This document shows positions 35,342 through 47,183 of a stretch of DNA of 64,000 bases, piece by piece; the first letter of the stretch is position 1; each line of letters starts with the position of its first letter. This stretch comes from Escherichia coli (GTDB lineage: Bacteria > Pseudomonadota > Gammaproteobacteria > Enterobacterales > Enterobacteriaceae): the NCBI RefSeq assembly GCF_022846255.1, contig NZ_AP025682.1. One strand, 5' to 3'. Under the pieces are notes generated by a model, which ran no database searches, had not been told where the DNA came from, and saw only the letters and a list, made by a program, of their open reading frames with translations. The translations under genes and the position numbers were made by a program.

Positions 35342-37014
35342 TGGCTGCGCAAGGGTTCTTACTGATTGCCACGTTTTTACTGGTATTAATAGTGCTGGCG
35401 CGTCCCTTAGGTAGCGGGCTGGCGCGGCTGATTAATGATATTCCTCTTCCTGGTACGACGGGCGTTGAACGCGTACTCTTTAGCGCGCTTGGCGTCTCTG
35501 ACCGCGAGATGAACTGGAAGCAGTATCTCTCAGCCATTCTTGGCCTGAATATGCTGGGGCTGGCGGTGCTGTTTTTTATGTTGCTCGGTCAGCACTATCT
35601 GCCGCTTAATCCACAGCAGTTGCCGGGGCTGTCGTGGGATCTGGCGCTGAATACCGCCGTCAGCTTTGTCACCAATACCAACTGGCAATCTTATAGCGGT
35701 GAAACCACGTTGAGCTATTTCAGCCAGATGGCGGGCTTAACGGTGCAAAACTTTCTTTCTGCCGCCAGCGGGATTGCGGTGATTTTTGCCCTCATCCGTG
35801 CGTTTACCCGCCAGAGCATGAGCACACTCGGGAATGCCTGGGTCGATCTGCTACGCATCACGTTATGGGTGCTAGTCCCTGTGGCGTTGTTGATCGCACT
35901 GTTTTTTATTCAACAAGGTGCACTGCAAAACTTTCTGCCCTATCAGGCGGTGAATACCATTGAAGGAGCGCAACAGCTGTTACCAATGGGGCCAGTAGCT
36001 TCTCAGGAAGCGATCAAGATGCTCGGTACTAACGGCGGTGGCTTCTTTAATGCCAACTCGTCGCATCCGTTTGAAAACCCAACCGCACTGACCAACTTCG
36101 TGCAAATGCTGGCGATTTTCTTGATCCCAACAGCGCTGTGCTTTGCCTTTGGTGAAGTGGCGGGCGATCGTCGCCAGGGGCGCATGTTGCTGTGGGCGAT
36201 GTCGGTGATTTTTGTCATCTGCGTAGGCGTAGTGATGTGGGCAGAAGTTCAGGGTAATCCTCATCTGCTGGCGCTGGGTGCGGACAGCAGCATCAATATG
36301 GAAGGTAAAGAGAGCCGTTTCGGTGTGCTGGTCAGTAGCCTGTTTGCAGTCGTGACCACGGCAGCTTCCTGCGGTGCGGTGATTGCGATGCATGATTCAT
36401 TTACCGCTCTCGGTGGCATGGTACCGATGTGGTTGATGCAAATTGGTGAAGTGGTATTCGGCGGTGTCGGTTCTGGTCTTTACGGCATGATGCTGTTTGT
36501 CCTGCTGGCGGTGTTTATTGCCGGGCTGATGATTGGTCGTACACCGGAATATCTGGGTAAAAAAATCGACGTACGCGAGATGAAACTGACTGCACTGGCG
36601 ATTCTGGTTACTCCAACACTGGTGCTGATGGGCGCGGCGTTGGCGATGATGACCGACGCCGGACGTAGCGCCATGCTCAACCCTGGCCCGCATGGTTTTA
36701 GCGAAGTGCTGTACGCCGTGTCGTCCGCCGCTAACAACAACGGCAGCGCCTTTGCCGGATTAAGCGCCAACTCTCCATTCTGGAACTGTTTGCTGGCGTT
36801 CTGCATGTTTGTCGGTCGCTTCGGGGTGATTATCCCGGTGATGGCAATTGCCGGTTCGCTGGTGAGTAAAAAGAGCCAACCCGCCAGCTCCGGCACGCTG
36901 CCAACGCACGGCCCGCTGTTTGTTGGCCTGTTAATCGGCACCGTGTTGCTGGTTGGCGCACTGACCTTTATCCCTGCCCTGGCGCTTGGTCCGGTGGCGG
37001 AATATCTCTCCTGA
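35341..37014 (+). CDS. kdpA: K+-transporting ATPase subunit A
   Basis: Start at [14 protein letters not shown]; 557 aa. Confidence 0.95.
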
Positions 37015-37036
37015 TGATATTGAGTGAGCACTGAAT

Positions 37037-39085
37037 ATGAGTCGTAAACAACTGGCGCTATTCGAACCAACACTTGTCGTTCAGGCGCTGAAAGAAGCGG
37101 TGAAAAAATTAAACCCGCAGGCGCAATGGCGCAATCCGGTGATGTTTATCGTCTGGATCGGCAGTCTGTTAACCACCTTTATTTGCATCGCAATGGCAAG
37201 CGGTGCGATGCCTGGCAATGCGCTGTTTAGCGCGGCAATTAGCGGCTGGCTGTGGGTCACCGTACTGTTCGCTAATTTCGCCGAGGCGCTGGCAGAAGGC
37301 CGCAGTAAAGCGCAGGCCAACAGTCTGAAAGGGGTGAAAAAAACTGCCTTTGCCCGCAAGCTTCGTGAGCCGAAATATGGCGCTGCGGCGGACAAAGTTC
37401 CTGCCGATCAACTGCGTAAAGGCGATATCGTGCTGGTAGAAGCAGGCGATATTATCCCCTGCGATGGTGAAGTCATTGAAGGGGGCGCATCGGTCGATGA
37501 AAGCGCCATCACCGGGGAATCGGCACCGGTGATCCGTGAATCCGGCGGCGATTTTGCCTCCGTCACTGGCGGCACGCGTATTCTTTCTGACTGGCTGGTA
37601 ATTGAGTGCAGCGTTAATCCCGGCGAGACATTTCTGGATCGGATGATCGCGATGGTGGAAGGCGCACAGCGACGCAAAACGCCAAACGAGATTGCCCTGA
37701 CCATTCTCCTGATTGCCCTGACTATCGTCTTTTTACTGGCAACCGCCACGCTGTGGCCGTTTTCCGCGTGGGGCGGCAACGCGGTCAGCGTAACGGTACT
37801 GGTGGCGCTACTGGTCTGTCTGATCCCAACCACTATTGGCGGCCTGTTGTCAGCGATCGGCGTCGCCGGGATGAGTCGGATGCTGGGCGCGAATGTGATT
37901 GCCACCAGCGGACGTGCAGTTGAAGCGGCAGGTGACGTTGACGTTCTGCTACTGGATAAAACCGGCACCATCACACTCGGTAACCGTCAGGCGTCGGAGT
38001 TTATCCCCGCGCAGGGCGTGGATGAAAAAACGCTGGCTGACGCCGCACAACTGGCTTCGCTAGCTGATGAAACGCCGGAAGGCCGCAGTATTGTGATCCT
38101 CGCCAAGCAGCGTTTTAACCTGCGTGAGCGCGATGTGCAGTCGCTTCACGCCACCTTTGTACCGTTTACTGCGCAAAGCCGGATGAGCGGGATCAACATC
38201 GACAACCGCATGATCCGTAAAGGTTCTGTCGATGCCATTCGCCGCCATGTTGAGGCTAACGGTGGTCACTTCCCTGCCGATGTTGATCAAAAAGTCGATC
38301 AGGTTGCGCGTCAGGGAGCTACGCCGCTGGTGGTGGTGGAAGGTTCTCGTGTGCTGGGCGTTATTGCGCTGAAAGATATCGTCAAAGGCGGTATTAAAGA
38401 GCGCTTCGCCCAGCTGCGCAAAATGGGCATTAAAACGGTGATGATTACCGGTGATAACCGTCTGACTGCCGCCGCGATAGCTGCGGAAGCGGGTGTCGAT
38501 GATTTTCTCGCCGAAGCGACACCGGAGGCCAAGCTGGCATTGATTCGTCAGTATCAGGCGGAAGGCCGTTTGGTGGCGATGACCGGCGACGGCACCAACG
38601 ATGCTCCGGCGCTGGCGCAGGCAGATGTCGCGGTGGCGATGAACTCTGGTACTCAGGCGGCGAAAGAAGCGGGCAATATGGTGGATCTCGACTCTAACCC
38701 GACCAAGTTGATCGAGGTGGTACATATTGGCAAACAGATGCTGATGACCCGTGGCTCGCTGACCACCTTCAGCATTGCCAACGATGTGGCGAAATACTTC
38801 GCCATTATTCCGGCGGCGTTCGCGGCAACGTATCCGCAGTTAAATGCGCTGAACATCATGCGCCTGCATTCGCCCGACTCCGCCATTCTCAGTGCGGTGA
38901 TTTTCAACGCCTTGATTATCGTCTTTTTGATTCCCCTGGCGTTAAAAGGCGTGAGTTATAAACCGCTTACCGCTTCTGCCATGTTGCGCCGTAACTTATG
39001 GATTTACGGTCTGGGTGGGCTGCTGGTGCCGTTTATTGGTATCAAAGTCATTGATTTACTGCTAACCGTTTGCGGTCTGGTGTGA
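37037..39085 (+). CDS. kdpB: K+-transporting P-type ATPase subunit B
   Basis: 682-aa ORF with DKTGT phosphorylation motif. Confidence 0.95.
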   Translation: MSRKQLALFEPTLVVQALKEAVKKLNPQAQWRNPVMFIVWIGSLLTTFICIAMASGAMPGNALFSAAISGWLWVTVLFANFAEALAEGRSKAQANSLKGVKKTAFARKLREPKYGAAADKVPADQLRKGDIVLVEAGDIIPCDGEVIEGGASVDESAITGESAPVIRESGGDFASVTGGTRILSDWLVIECSVNPGETFLDRMIAMVEGAQRRKTPNEIALTILLIALTIVFLLATATLWPFSAWGGNAVSVTVLVALLVCLIPTTIGGLLSAIGVAGMSRMLGANVIATSGRAVEAAGDVDVLLLDKTGTITLGNRQASEFIPAQGVDEKTLADAAQLASLADETPEGRSIVILAKQRFNLRERDVQSLHATFVPFTAQSRMSGINIDNRMIRKGSVDAIRRHVEANGGHFPADVDQKVDQVARQGATPLVVVEGSRVLGVIALKDIVKGGIKERFAQLRKMGIKTVMITGDNRLTAAAIAAEAGVDDFLAEATPEAKLALIRQYQAEGRLVAMTGDGTNDAPALAQADVAVAMNSGTQAAKEAGNMVDLDSNPTKLIEVVHIGKQMLMTRGSLTTFSIANDVAKYFAIIPAAFAATYPQLNALNIMRLHSPDSAILSAVIFNALIIVFLIPLALKGVSYKPLTASAMLRRNLWIYGLGGLLVPFIGIKVIDLLLTVCGLV

Positions 39086-39093
39086 GGTTTACC

Positions 39094-39666
39094 ATGAGTG
39101 GATTACGTCCGGCATTATCGACATTTCTCTTTCTGTTATTGATTACTGGCGGCGTTTACCCGCTGCTGACCACCGCGCTGGGGCAATGGTGGTTTCCCTG
39201 GCAGGCCAACGGTTCGTTGATTCGTGAAGGTGATACGGTGCGCGGTTCGGCATTGATCGGGCAGAATTTTACTGGCAACGGCTATTTTCATGGTCGCCCG
39301 TCGGCAACGGCAGAAATGCCCTATAATCCACAGGCTTCTGGCGGGAGCAATCTGGCGGTCAGTAACCCTGAGCTGGATAAACTAATAACCGCACGCGTTG
39401 CTGCATTACGGGCCGCTAACCCGGATGCCAGCGCGAGCGTTCCGGTTGAGCTGGTGACGGCATCGGCAAGCGGGCTGGACAATAATATCACCCCGCAAGC
39501 GGCGGCATGGCAGATCCCACGCGTGGCGAAAGCGCGTAATCTCAGCGTTGAACAGCTCACGCAACTGATCGCAAAATACAGCCAACAACCGCTGGTGAAA
39601 TATATCGGCCAGCCGGTCGTCAACATTGTCGAACTCAATCTGGCGCTGGATAAGCTTGATGAATAA
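39094..39666 (+). CDS. kdpC: K+-transporting ATPase subunit C
   Basis: Start at [16 protein letters not shown]; 190 aa. Confidence 0.9.
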   Translation: MSGLRPALSTFLFLLLITGGVYPLLTTALGQWWFPWQANGSLIREGDTVRGSALIGQNFTGNGYFHGRPSATAEMPYNPQASGGSNLAVSNPELDKLITARVAALRAANPDASASVPVELVTASASGLDNNITPQAAAWQIPRVAKARNLSVEQLTQLIAKYSQQPLVKYIGQPVVNIVELNLALDKLDE

Positions 39667-42343
39667 CGAACCCTTACGTCCCGACCCCGATCGTCTGCTG
39701 GAACAAACTGCCACGCCGCATCGGGGGAAGCTGAAAGTTTTCTTCGGTGCCTGCGCAGGCGTCGGGAAGACCTGGGCGATGCTGGCAGAGGCCCAGCGAC
39801 TGCGGGCGCAAGGGCTGGATATTGTGGTTGGCGTGGTTGAAACCCATGGGCGGAAAGATACCGCCGCAATGCTGGAAGGGCTGGCTGTTCTGCCGCCCAA
39901 ACGCCAGGCGTACCGTGGGCGGCACATCAGCGAGTTTGATCTCGATGCCGCCCTCGCCCGCCGTCCGGCACTGATCTTAATGGACGAACTGGCGCACAGT
40001 AATGCGCCAGGTTCACGTCATCCTAAACGCTGGCAGGACATTGAAGAGCTGCTGGAAGCTGGCATTGATGTTTTCACAACCGTCAACGTTCAGCATCTGG
40101 AAAGTCTGAATGATGTGGTCAGCGGCGTCACCGGAATTCAGGTACGGGAAACCGTGCCCGATCCTTTTTTCGATGCCGCCGACGACGTGGTGCTGGTGGA
40201 CTTGCCCCCGGACGATCTGCGCCAGCGGCTGAAAGAAGGCAAAGTCTATATTGCCGGGCAGGCGGAGCGCGCCATTGAACATTTTTTCCGCAAAGGCAAT
40301 CTGATCGCCCTGCGCGAACTGGCACTGCGCCGTACTGCCGATCGCGTTGATGAGCAAATGCGCGCCTGGCGGGGGCATCCTGGCGAAGAGAAAGTCTGGC
40401 ACACACGCGACGCGATCCTTTTATGCATCGGGCATAACACCGGCAGTGAGAAACTGGTCCGCGCGGCGGCGCGGTTGGCCTCGCGCCTGGGTAGTGTCTG
40501 GCACGCGGTGTATGTTGAAACCCCTGCCCTGCATCGCTTACCGGAGAAAAAACGTCGGGCAATTCTCAGCGCCTTACGTCTGGCGCAGGAGCTGGGCGCG
40601 GAGACGGCAACACTTTCTGATCCAGCGGAAGAGAAAGCGGTAGTGCGTTATGCCCGTGAACATAATCTCGGCAAGATTATTCTCGGTCGCCCGGCCTCGC
40701 GCCGCTGGTGGCGTCGGGAAACGTTTGCTGACCGACTGGCGCGAATCGCCCCCGATCTCGATCAGGTGCTGGTCGCGCTTGATGAACCACCCGCCCGCAC
40801 GATTAACAACGCGCCGGATAGCCGCTCTTTTAAAGACAAGTGGCGGGTACAGATTCAGGGATGCGTGGTTGCCGCCGCGTTATGCGCCGTTATCACCTTA
40901 ATTGCCATGCAGTGGCTGATGGCGTTTGATGCCGCCAACCTGGTGATGCTGTATCTGCTTGGCGTGGTTGTGGTGGCGCTATTTTATGGACGCTGGCCTT
41001 CGGTGGTTGCTACCGTCATTAATGTGGTGAGTTTCGATCTCTTTTTTATCGCCCCACGCGGCACGCTCGCCGTCTCTGATGTGCAATATCTGCTGACCTT
41101 CGCGGTGATGTTAACCGTCGGGCTGGTGATCGGGAACCTTACTGCTGGCGTGCGTTATCAGGCGCGGGTAGCCCGTTACCGCGAGCAACGCACACGGCAC
41201 TTATATGAAATGTCGAAAGCTCTGGCTGTGGGCCGCAGTCCGCAGGACATCGCCGCCACTAGCGAACAATTTATTGCTTCCACATTTCATGCCCGCAGTC
41301 AGGTGCTGTTACCCGATGACAACGGTAAATTGCAGCCGTTAACACATCCGCAAGGAATGACGCCGTGGGACGATGCCATCGCGCAGTGGAGTTTTGATAA
41401 AGGCCTGCCTGCGGGCGCGGGCACCGACACGTTACCCGGTGTACCGTACCAGATTTTGCCGCTAAAAAGCGGCGAGAAAACCTACGGGCTGGTGGTGGTG
41501 GAACCGGGGAATCTGCGCCAGTTGATGATCCCGGAACAGCAACGCCTGCTGGAGACGTTTACGCTGTTAGTCGCCAATGCCCTTGAGCGGCTGACACTGA
41601 CCGCCAGCGAAGAACAGGCGCGGATGGCAAGCGAACGAGAACAGATCCGCAACGCCCTGCTGGCGGCACTTTCGCATGATTTACGCACGCCGCTTACGGT
41701 GCTGTTCGGTCAGGCAGAAATCTTAACGCTCGATCTGGCAAGCGAAGGATCGCCCCACGCCCGCCAGGCCAGCGAGATTCGCCAGCATGTGCTGAACACG
41801 ACCCGACTGGTGAATAATCTACTGGATATGGCGCGAATTCAGTCCGGCGGCTTTAATTTGAAGAAAGAGTGGTTAACGCTGGAAGAAGTGGTCGGCAGCG
41901 CGCTGCAAATGCTGGAACCGGGTTTATCGTCGCCCATCAATCTTTCTCTGCCAGAACCGCTGACCTTAATCCACGTTGACGGGCCACTGTTTGAACGGGT
42001 GCTGATTAATCTGCTGGAGAACGCGGTGAAATACGCGGGTGCGCAGGCCGAAATTGGTATCGATGCCCACGTTGAGGGCGAAAATCTACAACTGGATGTC
42101 TGGGATAATGGCCCCGGTCTTCCACCAGGCCAGGAGCAGACGATATTTGATAAGTTTGCTCGCGGGAATAAAGAGTCGGCGGTGCCGGGGGTAGGGCTTG
42201 GGTTGGCAATTTGTCGGGCGATTGTGGATGTACACGGCGGCACCATTACCGCGTTCAACCGACCGGAAGGTGGTGCCTGTTTTCGTGTTACACTTCCCCA
42301 GCAAACTGCCCCTGAACTTGAAGAATTTCATGAGGATATGTGA
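39659..42343 (+). CDS. kdpD: Sensor histidine kinase KdpD
   Basis: Start at [16 protein letters not shown] overlapping kdpC end; 894 aa. Confidence 0.95.
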   Translation: MNNEPLRPDPDRLLEQTATPHRGKLKVFFGACAGVGKTWAMLAEAQRLRAQGLDIVVGVVETHGRKDTAAMLEGLAVLPPKRQAYRGRHISEFDLDAALARRPALILMDELAHSNAPGSRHPKRWQDIEELLEAGIDVFTTVNVQHLESLNDVVSGVTGIQVRETVPDPFFDAADDVVLVDLPPDDLRQRLKEGKVYIAGQAERAIEHFFRKGNLIALRELALRRTADRVDEQMRAWRGHPGEEKVWHTRDAILLCIGHNTGSEKLVRAAARLASRLGSVWHAVYVETPALHRLPEKKRRAILSALRLAQELGAETATLSDPAEEKAVVRYAREHNLGKIILGRPASRRWWRRETFADRLARIAPDLDQVLVALDEPPARTINNAPDSRSFKDKWRVQIQGCVVAAALCAVITLIAMQWLMAFDAANLVMLYLLGVVVVALFYGRWPSVVATVINVVSFDLFFIAPRGTLAVSDVQYLLTFAVMLTVGLVIGNLTAGVRYQARVARYREQRTRHLYEMSKALAVGRSPQDIAATSEQFIASTFHARSQVLLPDDNGKLQPLTHPQGMTPWDDAIAQWSFDKGLPAGAGTDTLPGVPYQILPLKSGEKTYGLVVVEPGNLRQLMIPEQQRLLETFTLLVANALERLTLTASEEQARMASEREQIRNALLAALSHDLRTPLTVLFGQAEILTLDLASEGSPHARQASEIRQHVLNTTRLVNNLLDMARIQSGGFNLKKEWLTLEEVVGSALQMLEPGLSSPINLSLPEPLTLIHVDGPLFERVLINLLENAVKYAGAQAEIGIDAHVEGENLQLDVWDNGPGLPPGQEQTIFDKFARGNKESAVPGVGLGLAICRAIVDVHGGTITAFNRPEGGACFRVTLPQQTAPELEEFHEDM

Positions 42344-43017
42344 CAAACGTTCTGATTGTTGAAGATGAACAGGCTATTCGTCGCTTTCTGCGCACGGCGC
42401 TGGAGGGCGACGGGATGCGCGTCTTTGAGGCCGAAACGCTGCAACGCGGCTTGCTGGAAGCGGCAACCCGTAAGCCAGATTTGATTATTCTCGATCTCGG
42501 CCTGCCCGATGGTGATGGGATTGAGTTTATCCGCGACCTGCGCCAGTGGAGCGCGGTGCCGGTGATTGTGCTTTCCGCACGCAGCGAAGAGAGCGACAAA
42601 ATCGCCGCGCTGGATGCCGGAGCGGATGATTACCTGAGTAAGCCGTTTGGCATTGGCGAATTGCAGGCCCGTCTGCGCGTCGCTTTACGCCGCCACTCCG
42701 CCACCACCGCGCCCGATCCGCTGGTGAAATTTTCCGATGTGACCGTCGATTTAGCCGCCCGCGTGATCCATCGCGGTGAGGAAGAGGTGCATCTCACCCC
42801 GATTGAGTTTCGCCTGCTGGCGGTGCTGCTCAACAATGCCGGAAAAGTGCTCACCCAGCGCCAGCTCCTTAACCAGGTGTGGGGGCCAAACGCGGTCGAA
42901 CACAGCCATTATTTGCGTATTTATATGGGACATCTGCGACAAAAACTGGAACAGGATCCCGCTCGCCCCCGCCATTTCATTACTGAAACCGGTATTGGGT
43001 ATCGGTTTATGCTTTGA
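42340..43017 (+). CDS. kdpE: Response regulator KdpE (OmpR family)
   Basis: 225-aa ORF, receiver plus winged-helix. Confidence 0.95.
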   Translation: MTNVLIVEDEQAIRRFLRTALEGDGMRVFEAETLQRGLLEAATRKPDLIILDLGLPDGDGIEFIRDLRQWSAVPVIVLSARSEESDKIAALDAGADDYLSKPFGIGELQARLRVALRRHSATTAPDPLVKFSDVTVDLAARVIHRGEEEVHLTPIEFRLLAVLLNNAGKVLTQRQLLNQVWGPNAVEHSHYLRIYMGHLRQKLEQDPARPRHFITETGIGYRFML

Positions 43018-43052
43018 ATATTAATTTTAATACATCCTGCCTTTTATTAATT

Positions 43053-43082
43053 AAAGCCGTAATAATAAATACGGCTTTTTAT
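43053..43082 (+). terminator. Rho-independent terminator of kdp operon
   Basis: aagccgt...acggctt hairpin followed by ttttt. Confidence 0.6.
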
Positions 43083-43250
43083 CTTAAACAACACACAAAA
43101 ATAACAATTCAATATTTTATATTACTGAGTAAAAAGCTCATCATTAAATAAATTAAGATTGATCATTTTTTATTGATCACCTTCACAGTTCAACCGTATT
43201 TCCTGGATAGAATACCTTCACCTTCATTCACATCAGGAAAGGTAAATTAA

Positions 43251-43355
43251 ATGGAAAATAACAGCCGCACTATGCCCCATATAAGGCGGACAACTCATAT
43301 TATGAAGTTTGCTCATCGCAATAGCTTCGACTTTCACTTCTTCAATGCCCGTTAG
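43251..43355 (+). CDS. speFL: speF leader peptide SpeFL (34 aa), ornithine-sensing ribosome-arrest peptide
   Basis: Hand translation: MENNSRTMPHIRRTTHIMKFAHRNSFDFHFFNAR; below ORF-track cutoff. Confidence 0.8.
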   Translation: MENNSRTMPHIRRTTHIMKFAHRNSFDFHFFNAR

Positions 43356-43612
43356 TCTACCGACTAAGGGCACTTCAGCGTACAGGTCTTCCTGACTCTC
43401 TGTATTACAGGCATATGCCTGTATTCCGCAGTGCTCATTCTCTGTTAACCCTTGTATTATCAGCCACCGGACTGATAAGGGTTTCTGCATTCTGAAAAAA
43501 GCAAACTTCTGATTAATTTATCAGCAGGGTAACTTTGCTTTTTTTCCGGCACGATCGATTTCTCATTCGAGAAATTGAGGACCTGCTATTACCAAAAATA
43601 AAGAGTTGGAAA

Positions 43613-45811
43613 ATGTCAAAATTAAAAATTGCGGTTAGTGATTCTTGCCCGGACTGTTTTACCACGCAGCGAGAATGTATCTATATTAATGAAAACAGTA
43701 ATATCGATGTGGCGGCAATAGTTTTATCGCTCAACGATGTTACACGCGGAAAACTCGATGAAATCGATGCCACGGGTTATGGCATCCCGGTATTTATTGC
43801 TACTGAAAATCAAGAACGTGTACCCGCAGAGTATTTGCCCCGTATTTCGGGTGTCTTTGAGAATTGCGAATCGCGACGAGAATTTTATGGTCGTCAGTTA
43901 GAAACCGCAGCCAGCCATTATGAAACTCAACTGCGCCCGCCCTTCTTCCGCGCACTGGTCGATTATGTCAATCAGGGTAACAGCGCGTTTGATTGCCCCG
44001 GTCATCAGGGCGGCGAATTTTTCCGTCGCCATCCGGCGGGGAATCAGTTTGTGGAATACTTTGGTGAGGCGCTGTTCCGTGCTGACTTGTGCAACGCGGA
44101 TGTGGCAATGGGCGATCTGCTGATTCACGAAGGCGCGCCATGCATTGCACAGCAACATGCGGCAAAAGTGTTTAATGCCGATAAAACATACTTCGTTCTA
44201 AATGGCACTTCATCTTCTAACAAAGTGGTTTTAAACGCCCTGTTAACACCGGGGGATCTGGTGCTGTTTGACCGTAATAACCATAAATCTAATCACCACG
44301 GAGCGTTGCTACAGGCTGGCGCAACACCAGTTTATCTGGAAACCGCACGCAACCCGTATGGCTTTATCGGTGGTATTGATGCCCACTGCTTCGAAGAAAA
44401 TTACCTGCGCGAACTGATTACAGAAGTCGCACCGCAGCGGGCAAAAGAGGCGCGTCCTTTCCGCCTCGCCGTTATTCAGCTAGGCACTTACGACGGTACG
44501 ATTTATAACGCCCGTCAGGTGGTGGATAAAATTGGTCATCTGTGTGACTACATCCTCTTTGACTCCGCATGGGTCGGCTATGAGCAGTTTATCCCGATGA
44601 TGGCGGACTGTTCACCACTGTTGCTGGATCTTAATGAGAACGATCCGGGTATTCTGGTTACGCAATCTGTGCATAAACAGCAGGCTGGTTTTTCCCAGAC
44701 TTCACAAATCCATAAAAAAGACAGCCATATCAAAGGGCAACAGCGTTATGTACCGCACAAACGCATGAACAACGCCTTTATGATGCATGCCTCCACCAGC
44801 CCGTTCTATCCGCTGTTTGCCGCACTGGATATCAACGCCAAAATGCATGAAGGTGTCAGCGGTCGTAATATGTGGATGGATTGTGTGGTAAATGGCATTA
44901 ATGCCCGCAAACTGATCCTCGATAACTGTCAGCATATTCGTCCATTCGTACCTGAACTGGTGGATGGTAAACCCTGGCAGTCGTATGAAACAGCGCAAAT
45001 TGCGGTTGATCTGCGCTTCTTCCAGTTTGTACCAGGTGAGCACTGGCATTCTTTTGAAGGCTATGCAGAGAATCAATACTTTGTCGATCCGTGCAAACTG
45101 TTGCTGACAACCCCAGGTATTGATGCACGTAACGGCGAATATGAAGCGTTCGGTGTACCCGCGACGATTCTTGCTAACTTCCTGCGCGAAAATGGCGTAG
45201 TGCCGGAAAAATGCGATCTTAACTCCATCCTCTTTCTGCTGACTCCGGCAGAAGATATGGCCAAACTTCAGCAACTTGCTGCTCTGCTGGTACGCTTCGA
45301 AAAACTGCTTGAGTCCGACGCGCCATTATCAGAAGTACTGCCTTCCATCTACAAACAGCATGAAGAGCGCTACACCGGTTATACCCTGCGTCAGTTGTGT
45401 CAGGAAATGCATGATTTGTATGCCCGTCACAACGTGAAACAACTGCAAAAAGAGATGTTTCGTAAGGAACACTTCCCACGTGTCAGCATGAATCCACAAG
45501 AAGCCAACTACGCCTATTTACGCGGTGAAGTGGAGCTGGTTCGTCTGCCGGATGCAGAAGGCCGTATCGCTGCAGAAGGTGCGCTTCCTTATCCTCCGGG
45601 TGTGCTGTGTGTTGTTCCGGGTGAAATCTGGGGTGGTGCTGTTCTGCGTTACTTCAGCGCTCTGGAAGAAGGGATCAACCTGCTGCCAGGTTTTGCACCG
45701 GAGCTTCAGGGTGTCTATATCGAAGAACATGATGGTCGTAAGCAAGTTTGGTGCTATGTCATCAAGCCTCGTGATGCGCAAAGCATCCTGTTGAAAGGGG
45801 AAAAATTATGA
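43613..45811 (+). CDS. speF: Inducible ornithine decarboxylase
   Basis: Start at MSKLKIAVSDSCPDCF; 732 aa. Confidence 0.95.
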   Translation: MSKLKIAVSDSCPDCFTTQRECIYINENSNIDVAAIVLSLNDVTRGKLDEIDATGYGIPVFIATENQERVPAEYLPRISGVFENCESRREFYGRQLETAASHYETQLRPPFFRALVDYVNQGNSAFDCPGHQGGEFFRRHPAGNQFVEYFGEALFRADLCNADVAMGDLLIHEGAPCIAQQHAAKVFNADKTYFVLNGTSSSNKVVLNALLTPGDLVLFDRNNHKSNHHGALLQAGATPVYLETARNPYGFIGGIDAHCFEENYLRELITEVAPQRAKEARPFRLAVIQLGTYDGTIYNARQVVDKIGHLCDYILFDSAWVGYEQFIPMMADCSPLLLDLNENDPGILVTQSVHKQQAGFSQTSQIHKKDSHIKGQQRYVPHKRMNNAFMMHASTSPFYPLFAALDINAKMHEGVSGRNMWMDCVVNGINARKLILDNCQHIRPFVPELVDGKPWQSYETAQIAVDLRFFQFVPGEHWHSFEGYAENQYFVDPCKLLLTTPGIDARNGEYEAFGVPATILANFLRENGVVPEKCDLNSILFLLTPAEDMAKLQQLAALLVRFEKLLESDAPLSEVLPSIYKQHEERYTGYTLRQLCQEMHDLYARHNVKQLQKEMFRKEHFPRVSMNPQEANYAYLRGEVELVRLPDAEGRIAAEGALPYPPGVLCVVPGEIWGGAVLRYFSALEEGINLLPGFAPELQGVYIEEHDGRKQVWCYVIKPRDAQSILLKGEKL

Positions 45812-47127
45812 GTCAGGCTAAATCGAACAAAATGGGCGTCGTTCAGTTAACCATACTGACGATGGTCAACATGATGGGCTCCGGTATCATCATGCTGCCG
45901 ACAAAGCTTGCCGAAGTTGGGACAATCTCAATAATCTCCTGGTTGGTGACTGCCGTAGGCTCAATGGCGCTGGCATGGGCATTCGCAAAATGCGGCATGT
46001 TCAGCCGTAAATCAGGCGGTATGGGCGGTTATGCGGAGTATGCTTTCGGTAAATCAGGGAACTTTATGGCGAACTACACCTACGGTGTCTCGCTGCTGAT
46101 TGCTAACGTCGCAATTGCTATTTCGGCGGTTGGTTACGGCACCGAACTGCTCGGCGCGAGTTTGTCGCCAGTGCAGATTGGTCTTGCGACCATCGGGGTG
46201 CTGTGGATTTGTACCGTGGCTAACTTCGGTGGTGCGCGCATTACCGGGCAAATCAGTAGCATTACTGTGTGGGGGGTCATTATTCCGGTCGTCGGTCTGT
46301 GCATTATCGGCTGGTTCTGGTTTAGCCCGACGCTATACGCTAACTCATGGAACCCGCACCATGTGCCGTTCTTTAGCGCTGTAGGTTCTTCCATCGCTAT
46401 GACGTTGTGGGCTTTCCTTGGTCTGGAGTCAGCCTGTGCCAACGCCGAAGTAGTGGAAAACCCGGAACGTAACGTGCCAATAGCAGTCCTTGGCGGTACG
46501 TTAGGTGCGGCGGTGATTTATATCGTCTCCACCAACGTGATTGCCGGGATTGTGCCAAATATGGAGCTGGCAAATTCAACGGCACCATTTGGCCTGGCCT
46601 TCGCACAGATGTTCACACCAGAAGTGGGTAAAGTCATTATGGCGCTGATGGTGATGTCCTGCTGCGGTTCACTGCTTGGCTGGCAGTTCACCATTGCCCA
46701 GGTGTTTAAATCTTCATCTGATGAAGGCTACTTCCCTAAAATTTTCTCCCGTGTAACCAAAGTGGATGCACCGGTTCAGGGAATGTTGACCATTGTGATT
46801 ATTCAGAGTGGATTGGCACTGATGACCATTAGCCCGTCACTGAACAGCCAGTTCAACGTGCTGGTTAACCTGGCCGTGGTGACCAATATCATCCCGTATA
46901 TTCTGTCGATGGCAGCATTAGTTATTATTCAGCAGGTCGCCAATGTGCCACCGTCAAAAGCGAAAGTAGCAAACTTTGTTGCCTTTGTTGGTGCGATGTA
47001 CAGTTTCTATGCGCTGTACTCATCCGGGGAAGAAGCCATGCTGTACGGTTCCATCGTGACCTTCCTTGGTTGGACACTGTATGGTCTGGTATCTCCACGC
47101 TTTGAACTGAAAAATAAACACGGTTAA
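45808..47127 (+). CDS. potE: Putrescine:ornithine antiporter
   Basis: 439-aa APC-family ORF. Confidence 0.95.
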   Translation: MSQAKSNKMGVVQLTILTMVNMMGSGIIMLPTKLAEVGTISIISWLVTAVGSMALAWAFAKCGMFSRKSGGMGGYAEYAFGKSGNFMANYTYGVSLLIANVAIAISAVGYGTELLGASLSPVQIGLATIGVLWICTVANFGGARITGQISSITVWGVIIPVVGLCIIGWFWFSPTLYANSWNPHHVPFFSAVGSSIAMTLWAFLGLESACANAEVVENPERNVPIAVLGGTLGAAVIYIVSTNVIAGIVPNMELANSTAPFGLAFAQMFTPEVGKVIMALMVMSCCGSLLGWQFTIAQVFKSSSDEGYFPKIFSRVTKVDAPVQGMLTIVIIQSGLALMTISPSLNSQFNVLVNLAVVTNIIPYILSMAALVIIQQVANVPPSKAKVANFVAFVGAMYSFYALYSSGEEAMLYGSIVTFLGWTLYGLVSPRFELKNKHG

Positions 47128-47137
47128 TAAAGCAAAG

Positions 47138-47171
47138 TAAAAAAGGGCGATCTTCTGACCGCCCTTTTTCT
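47138..47171. terminator. Bidirectional Rho-independent terminator between convergent potE and pgm
   Basis: aaaaagggcg...cgcccttttt. Confidence 0.6.
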
Positions 47172-47183
47172 TATTAAATGTGT

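Noticed and set aside
43233-43490. 85-codon minus-strand ORF between kdpE and speF
   Set aside because: Antisense to the speFL leader and speF 5'-UTR. I vaguely recall a small annotated ORF (ybfK) hereabouts in K-12 but cannot confirm identity, so not called.
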